Positions 52,280 through 61,418 of a stretch of DNA of 64,000 bases are shown here, piece after piece. Position numbers and translations under genes: made by a program. The DNA is from an uncultured delta proteobacterium (lineage in GTDB: Bacteria; Desulfobacterota; Desulfobacteria; Desulfobacterales; JAHEIW01): NCBI GenBank assembly GCA_963706575.1, contig CAVPNL010000004.1, positions 512,001 to 576,000 of the forward strand, in the 5' to 3' direction. A model generated the notes under the pieces. It was given only the letters and a program-made list of their open reading frames with translations. It was not told the origin of the DNA and did no database searches. Numbering within the stretch: the first letter of the stretch is position 1; each line of letters begins with the position of its first letter.

Positions 52280-52960
52280 ATGTGTGGCCGCTTCGTGGGA
52301 TACCGCAATTTAGATGAACTCAAAGAATTCTTTCCCATTGACCGCTCCGCCTGTGAGGTCACCGCCAATTACAATGTGGCGCCATCGCAGGAGATCCTGG
52401 CGATTTTCAACCACCAGGGGCAAAATTGGCTGGATAAATTCCATTGGGGACTGGTGCCTTTCTGGGCCAAAGATCCCTCCATCGGGAACCGTATGATCAA
52501 TGCCCGGGCAGAAACCGTTGCCGAAAAACCTTCTTTCAAAAATGCCTTTAAAAACCGCCGCTGCCTGATCATTGCCGACGGCTTTTATGAATGGAAAGGC
52601 GCCAAAGGGCAAAAACTACCGCTGTTTATCACGCTACCAGACAGGAAACCCTTCGCTTTTGCCGGCCTATGGGAAACCTGGGGAAAAAAAGATCAGCAAT
52701 CGCAATCTCTTTATCGGTCATGCACCATCATTACGACCGAAGCCTGTGAGGCCATGCGCGACATCCACCACCGCATGCCGGCGATCCTCAAACCTGAAAT
52801 GTATGAATTCTGGCTAAATCCGGATAATCAGGATGCCACTGCATTAAAAAATATTCTGGCAACGGCACTCCTGACCGATCTGGTCAGCCACCCGGTATCC
52901 AAACAGGTCAACTCCACCCGCACTAACGACGCCTCCTGCATCGATCCAGTCGATTACTAA
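52280..52960 (+). CDS. SRAP-family abasic-site protection protein (YedK/HMCES-like)
   Basis: Start MCGRF; YNVAP, NARAET, GFYEW and HHRMP motifs. Confidence 0.92.
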   Translation: MCGRFVGYRNLDELKEFFPIDRSACEVTANYNVAPSQEILAIFNHQGQNWLDKFHWGLVPFWAKDPSIGNRMINARAETVAEKPSFKNAFKNRRCLIIADGFYEWKGAKGQKLPLFITLPDRKPFAFAGLWETWGKKDQQSQSLYRSCTIITTEACEAMRDIHHRMPAILKPEMYEFWLNPDNQDATALKNILATALLTDLVSHPVSKQVNSTRTNDASCIDPVDY

Positions 52961-53514
52961 ACCCAATCTACAAAATCCCAAAATTTCATATTGCGTCAGC
53001 ACATCCTAAAAATATTCGTCCCTTCAAAATTTCAACTCAGGCACGTAGTCCAAAATAAATTAAGGCCCAAAAAAGTGTGTATTTCCCCAGGCTAATCTGC
53101 AATTTCATAAACGCGATTTTAGTATGGTTTTTTTCCTATGTCGGATCATACCTTATCATGGTCCAGAAACGCTCTCGATATCACTTTGAAACATGTACTT
53201 TTATCTAAGTTGATTTCAAGGCAAAATTCAGCTAAACAATTATATCAATTTTTTTTTCTGAGTCTATGGATATCAAAACTTTACCGGAACCTTTGTTACT
53301 CTCAAAGTACCCTACAAGGACCAAACTTGAGGTTTGGTATCAGCATCACCGGTGCCAACATTCTCCATGAATTGATAGTATCACCATCGGCTAAATTGCA
53401 GGCTCGTTCAGACAACATGATTAAGTTATCCATGAGCAAACATTCGCATAGCCGCGGGATCAGGGAAACCGCCGGGACCGAGAGTGGTAATGCAGTGGTT
53501 CATGGCAACTAACC

Positions 53515-55101
53515 ATGAGATCAAGGAGAGATATCTTGAGCAAACCAAAAACAAAAATAACGACTCGAAGGTGGCGTCGTGAAGACATTCCGGAGATCAT
53601 CACGTGCAGCCGGGCAACATACCACGATTATCCCGAAGAATATATATTCACGGAACGCCATTACGAAATGCAGTTCGCCGCGTTTCCCCAGGGGCAGTTT
53701 GTGGCCGTCTGCGGCAAAAAAATCATCGGGTACGCCACCTGCATGATTGTCAGCATCGATGATGATTTCTGGTACGACGTGGATGAGCTGACCGGGGCCG
53801 GCACTTTCAGCACGCACAACCAGGACGGCGACACCCTTTACGGTGCCGATATTGCAGTCCATCCGGACTATCAGCGCCGCGGCGTCGCCATGCTGCTGTA
53901 TCAGCGGCGGCGAAGCGTCTTGAAAAGATACAATCTGAGACAGATGATCGCCTACGGAAGGCTGTCCGGATATAAAAATTACGCGGGGAAAATGACAGCT
54001 GAACAATATGTTGAAAAGGTGACGAACGGAGAATTGCGGGACCCGGCCTTGAACGCCCACCTGAAAGCCGGATTCCACGTCAAAAAGGTTCAACTCGACA
54101 TTACGGTCGACCGTTCCAGTTTGAACTACTCGACATACCTCGTCATGCCCAACCCTGATTTTAACGTGGCCAAAAAAAAGATAGCTTCAGCCGTGTTTCC
54201 CAAAATTCAGGCCCGCAGGGTCAGGGTGTGCGCAGCCCAATACAGCATGCGGGCTATCCAGTCTTTTGAAGACCTCAAACGTTCAGTTGAATTTTTTGTC
54301 GATTCGGCAGATTCCTATCACTGCCACTTCCTGCTGTTTCCGGAGTACTTTACTTACCAGCTTTTAAGTTTCCAAAAACGGCTCTCCATGAAGGAGGCCG
54401 CCGAGAAACTTGCCGGTTATACGGACCGATACATCAATATGTTTAAGCGCTTCGCGCAGAAGTATAACATTTATATTATCGGTGGTTCCCATCCGGTATT
54501 GCGGGACGGCAAATATTACAACACCGCCCACCTGTTCACACCGGCCGGCAATGTCTATACCCAGGATAAGCTTCACATTACGCCGGTGGAGCGCAATGAA
54601 GGCGGCATCGAACCGGGGACAGCCCTCCGGATTTTCCGCACGCCTCTGGCCAGAATTGCGATCCAGGTCTGCTATGATATCGAGTTTCCGGAGGCATCGC
54701 GCCTCCTGACGCTTGCCGGGGCGGAAATCATTTTCGTGCCTTGTTACACCGAAGAAAAAAAAGCCTACTACCGTGTGAGGCATTGCGCCCAGGCCCGAGC
54801 TGTTGAAAACTTTATTTATGTGGTGATGACAGGAAGTGTCGGCAACATGCTAACCCCATCCGGTTCCTTTTTGAACTACAGCCAGGCGGCCATTCTTACC
54901 CCCAGTGATTTTTCCTTCCCGGAAAAGGGAATAGAAGGGGAGGCTGACCCCAATGTGGAAGCGGTTGTGGTATCTGAACTCGCCCTTTCTTCACTATCGC
55001 AGCAGCGGCATGTGGCAACGGTTCGACCGCTGCATGACATGCGCCCGGATCTCTATGACCTCCGTCCAAAAAATAAAATCGAAATTATTCAAGTCGAGTG
55101 A
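53515..55101 (+). CDS. GNAT N-acetyltransferase / carbon-nitrogen hydrolase fusion
   Basis: VHPDYQRRGVA; catalytic triad in FPE, DKLH and CYDIEFPE; start may be TTG 53536. Confidence 0.9.
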   Translation: MRSRRDILSKPKTKITTRRWRREDIPEIITCSRATYHDYPEEYIFTERHYEMQFAAFPQGQFVAVCGKKIIGYATCMIVSIDDDFWYDVDELTGAGTFSTHNQDGDTLYGADIAVHPDYQRRGVAMLLYQRRRSVLKRYNLRQMIAYGRLSGYKNYAGKMTAEQYVEKVTNGELRDPALNAHLKAGFHVKKVQLDITVDRSSLNYSTYLVMPNPDFNVAKKKIASAVFPKIQARRVRVCAAQYSMRAIQSFEDLKRSVEFFVDSADSYHCHFLLFPEYFTYQLLSFQKRLSMKEAAEKLAGYTDRYINMFKRFAQKYNIYIIGGSHPVLRDGKYYNTAHLFTPAGNVYTQDKLHITPVERNEGGIEPGTALRIFRTPLARIAIQVCYDIEFPEASRLLTLAGAEIIFVPCYTEEKKAYYRVRHCAQARAVENFIYVVMTGSVGNMLTPSGSFLNYSQAAILTPSDFSFPEKGIEGEADPNVEAVVVSELALSSLSQQRHVATVRPLHDMRPDLYDLRPKNKIEIIQVE

Positions 55102-55505
55102 GCTGGTTCAAAAAAAGACACCGGGGTCAGATTTTGAATGCTGACGAAAATGCTGCGAAGCGCCGTGGCGTTTTCATGGTTCACGCACCTAATTCACCGG
55201 ATTGACACCCGTACATGCCGAATATTAAGATCATTTAATTTTAATCCAGAACCCATCAGTTTTATTTTTATTTCAGATTGTATATTAGGTTTACGCAATC
55301 GCCAAATTAGCGAAAGGTGCGATTGCGGCTATAAAGGGACAACCGCAATTTATTACATATATCTTCTGGTAGTCCTAAATATTTTCGAACCTAAAAACTT
55401 CAGATTACTCTAAAAAATCAGTCCTTTTGAATCCTTGAAAAAACTATGATTATTTTCTCAACCCGAAGAGTCAATTTCTAGTCATTTTGGTTGAAGCCGT
55501 TAATT

Positions 55506-55535
55506 AAAAAAAGGGCAGTGTTACCACTGCCCTTT
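55506..55535 (-). terminator. Intrinsic terminator (possibly bidirectional)
   Basis: A7-GGGCAGTG-TTAC-CACTGCCC-TTT. Confidence 0.7.
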
Positions 55536-55596
55536 AAGGGAGGAGAAGTGTAATGCTTGGAGGTCAACTCCCATCAAGCCGCCTATTGCATGTTAT

Positions 55597-55815
55597 TTAA
55601 CTCCGCTTCTCCGGCGCAAGCGCCTCGGAAACCAAATCCAGCTCCGGCCCCCTGCGTTTAAAAAGCAATATGACATTCAAAAAGCGCTGAAGCCTTTTTT
55701 CACCCACCAGATGAATGATCAGAAGCATCCCTGCTACGGCAGTCCCGATAAAAACCACGCTGACACAGCTTTTGAGTGTATGGCACTTGTCACAGTACCA
55801 TAATCTTTTAAACAA
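55597..55815 (-). CDS. Possible small membrane protein
   Basis: 72-aa ORF with one hydrophobic segment, upstream of the terminator. Confidence 0.35.
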   Translation of the reverse strand: MFKRLWYCDKCHTLKSCVSVVFIGTAVAGMLLIIHLVGEKRLQRFLNVILLFKRRGPELDLVSEALAPEKRS

Positions 55816-55851
55816 GAACGCTCGCCCCCTTTTTTCGCCGCGCCCGACCCG

Positions 55852-56031
55852 TTATTTTGTTTGGTCTTTGGAACCCCCCATGCCCAGGGCAAATTTTAAA
55901 AACTTTCGTTCGGCAATTTTATAATTTTCTTCGGAATAATGATTCATATTCTCGGCAATACGAAATTTCTTTCGATACTTTTCCACCAGTAATTTAATCC
56001 CCGTATTTTGACTGTAAGCGTTTCCCCCCAT
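55852..56031 (-). CDS. Small hypothetical protein
   Basis: KYRKKFRIAENMNHYSEENYKIAERKFLKFAL reads as real coding sequence; start uncertain. Confidence 0.55.
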   Translation of the reverse strand: MGGNAYSQNTGIKLLVEKYRKKFRIAENMNHYSEENYKIAERKFLKFALGMGGSKDQTK

Positions 56032-56273
56032 AAAATAAAAAGGGAAGCAAAAATCGTGCAAACTTCCCGTCTGATCTCACCGTTATCGTTTCACTTTCGA
56101 TTTCAACTAGTTAATTGGAGTGCGTCAAATTGCACAATACAACAATATGAAACCCGCTACCCAATTTTTATGAAATCACTTTCATAACCAGCGTTTTAGA
56201 TGCTGAAAATTAGTATTATGTCTCACAAAAATGTTACAAAAGTCGGGGGATATATTTTAGTTCGGTCGACTTG

Positions 56274-57173
56274 CTACTCCGTCTGAAGCCCGGCCAGCGC
56301 CTTTTTGCTTAACACCAGCCAGTTGCCGACCAGCACGACTGCCATACCGATTATATTGTGGGGGGCCCATTGGTAGCCTTCGTAAACCGTCGAGATGCCA
56401 AGGGCGACAATCGGAAAGAGCATGGTGGCATAGGCTGCGCGATCCGCGCCGATTTTGCCGATGAGTTTCAGATAGCACCCGAAAGCGATAACGGTTCCGA
56501 AAAGAGACAGGTAAAAAAGGGAGCCGACGTAAGAAAGCGACATTTCAAAACTGAATGTTTTGCCGCTTATAAGGGAAATTGCTCCGATGATTACAGCGCC
56601 GTAGGCCATGCCGTAAGCATTGGTTTGAATGACCGGCAGATTATTTTGCTGGTGGCGGGCCGAAATGATATTACCCAGTGAAGCCATAAAGGTTGATACA
56701 ACGCTCAACACCAAGCCCAGGGCGCCTTGATCTGAAAGGCTGAAAGATATCAGCTGCGGCCAAAAAACAAGCACAATTCCCGAAACCCCGATTGCCCCCC
56801 CCAGCAAGACATTTGAACGAATCGGTGAACCCAGCAAAACGGCTCCGTTGATCATATTCATAAAAACAATACCGGAAAAAATCACCGCAACCAGCCCGCT
56901 GGTGACATGCACTTCGGCCAGATAGATCAACCAGTAATTGACCGAAAAAAGAACCAGGCCCTGCAGCGCCATAAAGATATGATCCTTCAGGCCAAACCGC
57001 ATCTTAAGGCTCCGCAATTTACAGTACAGGAACAGTGTCAGTGCTGCGGCCATAAAACGATATAGAACAGAAACCATCGGATCAACACTGCCCAGCTGAA
57101 ATTTAATCGCCAGCCAGGTTGTGCCCCATATGATAACGGTAGATCCATATAAGAAAAAGATGTTGGCATTCAT
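56274..57173 (-). CDS. EamA/DMT-family transporter
   Basis: IWGTTWLAIK...GADRAAY...FPIVAL; about 10 TM. Confidence 0.9.
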   Translation of the reverse strand: MNANIFFLYGSTVIIWGTTWLAIKFQLGSVDPMVSVLYRFMAAALTLFLYCKLRSLKMRFGLKDHIFMALQGLVLFSVNYWLIYLAEVHVTSGLVAVIFSGIVFMNMINGAVLLGSPIRSNVLLGGAIGVSGIVLVFWPQLISFSLSDQGALGLVLSVVSTFMASLGNIISARHQQNNLPVIQTNAYGMAYGAVIIGAISLISGKTFSFEMSLSYVGSLFYLSLFGTVIAFGCYLKLIGKIGADRAAYATMLFPIVALGISTVYEGYQWAPHNIIGMAVVLVGNWLVLSKKALAGLQTE

Positions 57174-57214
57174 TGCTTCGCCACCTTTCCTCCGACTCAT
57201 GCAAAATACAAGCT

Positions 57215-57375
57215 CTAATTTCCAACCTTTGCCTCGACTTCTTCCCGCTTTTCATTTCCGGTTGGCCCAGCAATACGCTGCACCCATTTCAGCGCCCGTC
57301 CATCGATAATGATCAGTCCCAGAAAAGTGAAAGGATGATCAGCAGTCCCCATTCATTTGGTTTCATTGAACCCAT
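57215..57375 (-). pseudogene. Internally deleted DMT/EamA gene remnant
   Basis: GGAGG RBS, then MGSMKPNEWGLLIILSLFW joined out of frame to FLGLIIIDGRALKW. Confidence 0.5.
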
Positions 57376-57403
57376 TTTACAAATTTTACCTCCGCTTCAA
57401 CTA

Positions 57404-57593
57404 GAGCCCATCTCAAAAATAGGATTTTGGTTCAAGATCGCGGCGGTGTCTAGCTTTCCAGCGTTGCTGGACTTCCCGCCTGATTAAATCCTCTTTGTGG
57501 GTCGTAATCCGGAGGCATACTGTTGTATGTTGAGGATTTAAAGCGAGGCACCAACAAAGATATTGGGCCAAAAAACATTTTTGAGATGGATTC
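57404..57593. mobile_element. MITE copy 2 (190 bp, TA flanks)
   Basis: TA-GAGCCCATCTCAAAAAT...ATTTTTGAGATGGATTC-TA. Confidence 0.85.
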
Positions 57594-57965
57594 TAATTAA
57601 ATTCGGGCCCCATTATAATTTCACAAAAAATATGTTTCCACCCGATTCTTGCGGTGTTTATTCAAAAAGGTGTTAACTATCAGAAGTGCTCGCCAAAGAA
57701 AAGTGCCTTTTCATGAGACCGATTGGGCCAGAATAAACACCCCCCGCTCCTGCTTCGGATTTCTGTGTTCTGTCCTCGACTCGACTGAGCTCGCCGCAGG
57801 CTGGCTTCTGACGTCTATCCTCTGTCATCCGACCTCTGTCTTCCGATAAAAGTGTGTAATTCAGGTAATAAAATTAGGTACTTTACTACCCAGTTTTTCG
57901 GATAAGTCAATTCTTAAATTCTTATAAGATTTTAATATTGTTTATAAAATAAAAATTGGCCTGAC

Positions 57966-57981
57966 TGGCATATTTTTTGCA
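57966..57981 (+). promoter_or_regulatory. Sigma54 -24/-12 promoter motif
   Basis: TGGCAT-ATTTT-TTGCA with exact GG-N10-GC spacing after an AT-rich tract. Confidence 0.65.
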
Positions 57982-58158
57982 TTTTGCAAAAATGTCTGTC
58001 ACAACTTTGACTTTCTATTCTTAGGTCCGGTTGGCGGCAGACGCTTCTATCGGCTAGGGGCGGGTTCCCAATTTACCCCTTTTACCCTTTAAATTTAAAC
58101 CGGTAATGCCTTTGGGAACCCCAACCCCTTCTTCCCTTAAGATTCAAAAAATCTATGA

Positions 58159-58225
58159 GCGGGGGCTCAAGGGGGAGCGAGGCCTAGCAAGGTCGCAGAC
58201 AGGTTCGATTCCTGCACCCGCTCCA
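58159..58225 (+). tRNA. Degenerate tRNA-Gly-like element (pseudo-tRNA)
   Basis: GCGGG...GCTC/GAGC D-arm...GGCC-TAGCAA-GGTC...CAGG-TTCGATT-CCTG...CCCGC-T-CCA; acceptor 5-prime side and anticodon loop are short. Confidence 0.6.
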
Positions 58226-58240
58226 TTTCGATGTGAAGGT

Positions 58241-58441
58241 ATGAAAACATTGTTGGCATTTTTATTCACAGTTGTCGCTGTCTGCGCCCTTATCGGATTC
58301 GCCGAGGCAGGTATCCTTACAGGTATCATCACGTATATAAAAACCAGCGTGCCGATAAGCGCGGGTAAAATTCCCTGGCCGGCATTTATGATTCTGCTTG
58401 CAACCGGAATAATCGGCATACTGGGTATCAGGAGAAGATGA
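58241..58441 (+). CDS. 66-aa protein: signal peptide plus PEP-CTERM-like tail (IPWP variant)
   Basis: MKTLL...AEA signal; IPWPAFMILLATGIIGILGIRRR C-terminus. Confidence 0.6.
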   Translation: MKTLLAFLFTVVAVCALIGFAEAGILTGIITYIKTSVPISAGKIPWPAFMILLATGIIGILGIRRR

Positions 58442-58830
58442 AAGAAGCCTTAATGGACGCACACAAACACCTGAAATCCAGAAAGGATGCTCGACTATTT
58501 TTTAGCAAGAACCAAAAAGTCGCGGTACGCTGTTTGACGGACACGTGTAATTTTGAGGCCAGAATTCAGAATGTAAGTTCTTCAGGTGTTTTTATTAAAA
58601 CAGACCAGCAGATGCCTGTCGGGGAAGAAATCGCTGTGTCTTTCACATTCCCCGATTCGGGAAATCAGGTCAACGCAACCGGCAAAGTTGTCAGAACCAC
58701 ACATTCCGGGATGGGTGTCGAAATTCAGGTCTATTTTAAGGAAAAACACAAAGAATATAAACCCCGCAAAATTGCCCGTAAAAAATCGCCGAAGCTTATA
58801 TTCCTGGGTCCTTCAAATCCGTCCAGGTAA
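58438..58830 (+). CDS. PilZ-domain protein
   Basis: RKDAR (RxxxR) and NVSSSG (NxSxxG); ATGA overlap with the upstream ORF. Confidence 0.85.
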   Translation: MKEALMDAHKHLKSRKDARLFFSKNQKVAVRCLTDTCNFEARIQNVSSSGVFIKTDQQMPVGEEIAVSFTFPDSGNQVNATGKVVRTTHSGMGVEIQVYFKEKHKEYKPRKIARKKSPKLIFLGPSNPSR

Positions 58831-59118
58831 ACCCATCTATTCGGGTATTTCTTCACCCTTTATCCCCCCACATATAAATACACATCTCTCTTCTGCCCGC
58901 TTTTCTGCTCGGCAGGCAAGCCGACACGCTGGCAGCGATGTAAGCATCATAGGCACGGACAGGTGCGTATAATTATTTAACAAATTGATATAATATACTT
59001 TTTCTTTTAATTTCTAACCGCTAAAAATAAAATATAACTTGTCAAAAATCCGAAAATTAGCTAAATTTTTATTATCTTTATATAAATTTACCAATCCCTA
59101 ACGAATCAACAGGTAATC

Positions 59119-59448
59119 ATGAGTGGCTTTTTTTCATTTATCTTCTTTGTGCTACTACCGCTGGCAATCGGAATACTGACAATCTATTTATCAATCGATT
59201 TTTTTGAATATTTGAAAAAATATCACCAGCCAAAATATAAGCAAATGTCTTTTGCAAGTCTCTTTGGGATTTCGAATGAAAGCTTCATTTTTCACCTTAT
59301 CAAACCACAGGAATTTTTCCGCTTTCTCCTTTCACCGGCTGATCTGCAGGATAATAACGTCAAAGTTTATAAAACCCGAATCCGGTTAAGCCTGGTTGCC
59401 CTCATGGGGTTGTTTGCGATTATCTTGTTGTGGTCCATCATTTTCTAA
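59119..59448 (+). CDS. Hypothetical two-TM protein
   Basis: 109 aa with hydrophobic N- and C-termini. Confidence 0.55.
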   Translation: MSGFFSFIFFVLLPLAIGILTIYLSIDFFEYLKKYHQPKYKQMSFASLFGISNESFIFHLIKPQEFFRFLLSPADLQDNNVKVYKTRIRLSLVALMGLFAIILLWSIIF

Positions 59449-59603
59449 AAGGGCCGCAAACCCGTTAGCTGACGGTTACCATTCACCTTTTCTAAATTCC
59501 GCAATACGGCTTCTGACACTTCTCATCTGATCGGTGCCCGCTGTTATCCATCCTCTAATATCTGTCATCTGACTTCTGTCCTCTGGTATCTTGAGTATCA
59601 AAA

Positions 59604-59629
59604 TGCTATAATCTACCTACCGGTAGGTA
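59604..59629 (+). promoter_or_regulatory. Extended -10 element followed by a perfect 16-bp palindrome (putative TetR operator)
   Basis: TGCTATAAT 59604-59612; TACCTACCGGTAGGTA 59614-59629. Confidence 0.7.
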
Positions 59630-59738
59630 TTTTCCTTGACAAGCCTAAAATTTTGAAGTACGCATGGCCTTCATTTTGACATTTCCGGCTTGGAATGATG
59701 AGAAATAGTGCTAAGGAACACGGGTACACAGGCCCCCG

Positions 59739-60365
59739 ATGAAAAATACAAAGATGAAAAATACAAAAACGATTGGCGCTGCGCAACTCAATTCCAAAGA
59801 ACGGCTACTGGTAACCGCCATCGGCATGTTTGCTGAAAAGGGATATGCCGGTACGTCTGTACGCGAAATCGTGGGACGCGCCGGAGTGAGCAAACCGGTG
59901 CTCTACTATTATTTTAAGAGCAAAGAAGGGCTTTTTCTGGACATTCTCGATATGGCCGAAAATTTACAGAAACAATTGCTTTCGGAGGTTTTAAAAACGG
60001 AAGGCAACGTATTGGACCGGCTCCTGATGCTTTATCGTCGTGTATACGCGGGAATCGATGAACACCGCAGCCTTTATAAAATGATTCACGACCTCATATC
60101 CGGCCCTCCCCAGGGGGCGCCGGATTACGATTTTACGCGTTATCATCGTCACATGATCAACGCCATTTGCGAAATTTATAACGCAGGGATAGGCCGCGGC
60201 GAGGTTAAAAAGATCGCGGCCCAAGAGGTTGCCTATCTGGTACTGAGCCTGATCGATTTTTGCCTCCACATGGACCAGGTCCATCCGCAGTCATCGGATC
60301 CGCAACGCCCCGAACGGCTGCTGCGGATTGCTTTTAAGGGAATAAACAAAGGAACGGAAAATTAA
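59739..60365 (+). CDS. TetR/AcrR-family regulator
   Basis: FAEKGYAGTSVREIV..AGVSKPVLYYYFKSKEGL. Confidence 0.92.
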   Translation: MKNTKMKNTKTIGAAQLNSKERLLVTAIGMFAEKGYAGTSVREIVGRAGVSKPVLYYYFKSKEGLFLDILDMAENLQKQLLSEVLKTEGNVLDRLLMLYRRVYAGIDEHRSLYKMIHDLISGPPQGAPDYDFTRYHRHMINAICEIYNAGIGRGEVKKIAAQEVAYLVLSLIDFCLHMDQVHPQSSDPQRPERLLRIAFKGINKGTEN

Positions 60366-61418
60366 ATGCAAACCCGACATTCATCTTTATTTTTGATCGT
60401 GCTGCTTTTAACGGGCCTTTTGGCGAGCGCTTGTGAAGAAAAAGCCGGCCTGGCAACCGCCGAAACCGATGCAACCCAGCCCCCGGCAATTCCAGTGTCT
60501 GTAATAACCGTTAAGACTGAAACCGTGCGGGATGTCATCTTTTTACCGGGCACAACCGAAGCCTGGCAGGATGTCCAGGTAGCAGCCGACACCGCCGGAC
60601 GTATTGAATGGATCGGCCCGCGCGAGGGTGAACGCGTGAACAAAGGCGACCTGTTGATTAAAATCGACGTCTCCGCCCTCAAAGCAGCCATGGAGCACGT
60701 AGAAGCGCAGTTCCAACTGGCCGATGATCTTTATCAGCGACGCCGTCGGCTTTATGAGCGCAAGATCATCGCCAAAGAGGAGCTCGATCAAAGTGCCACC
60801 CAGCGTAAACTGGCTGCCACCGATTTGGAACAGATCAAAGTCAAATATAATCATGGTTTCCCGCGATCCCCGATCAGCGGGATTATCAACCACCTGTATG
60901 TGGATGCCGGTGAGTTCATTGACACCGGCAAGCCAATCCTAGACATCGTGAATATTGATCGCATCAAAATAAATGTTCGAGTGCCGGAACTCGATATCCG
61001 CTACGTGCTGGAAGGCCAAAAGACACCTGTTAGAATCGATGCTTTTCCGGAAAGAACACTCAGCGGGGTGGTCGATTTTGTGGCCTTTAAAGCAGACCCG
61101 GCAACCAAAACCTTTCTGGTTCGCAGCCTGATTGAAAATTCATTCGCCGATATCCGGCCGGGAATGATTGGCCGGGTGGCCTTTGTGCGGCGCACAATTG
61201 CCGATGCATTGCTGGCACCGCTTTTTGCACTGGTGGACAAAGGCGGGGAGCGTCTGGTTTTTGTCGAAAAGGACGGCACGGCGCAATCGCGAACCGTTTC
61301 GATCGGGGTCATTGAAGGCGATCGGGTACAGATAACCAGCGGCTTGAATCCCGGCGATCATCTGATTGTCAAAGGGCATACCGAAGTCGAAGACGGAATG
61401 AAGGTCAGCGTGCAATGA
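60366..61418 (+). CDS. RND efflux periplasmic adaptor (lipoprotein)
   Basis: Lipobox ASAC; GERVNKGD, SPISG and RPGM motifs. Confidence 0.9.
   Translation: MQTRHSSLFLIVLLLTGLLASACEEKAGLATAETDATQPPAIPVSVITVKTETVRDVIFLPGTTEAWQDVQVAADTAGRIEWIGPREGERVNKGDLLIKIDVSALKAAMEHVEAQFQLADDLYQRRRRLYERKIIAKEELDQSATQRKLAATDLEQIKVKYNHGFPRSPISGIINHLYVDAGEFIDTGKPILDIVNIDRIKINVRVPELDIRYVLEGQKTPVRIDAFPERTLSGVVDFVAFKADPATKTFLVRSLIENSFADIRPGMIGRVAFVRRTIADALLAPLFALVDKGGERLVFVEKDGTAQSRTVSIGVIEGDRVQITSGLNPGDHLIVKGHTEVEDGMKVSVQ

Noticed and set aside
53138..53512. 124-aa ORF or riboswitch upstream of the GNAT-nitrilase gene
   Set aside because: The ORF reads like AT-rich intergenic DNA, and I could not match the leader to any riboswitch consensus
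53515..55101. GNAT-nitrilase fusion as novel
   Set aside because: This is a known, widespread bifunctional architecture
59739..59768. 15-bp tandem duplication at the tetR start (MKNTK x2)
   Set aside because: A trivial in-frame duplication that only makes the start codon ambiguous
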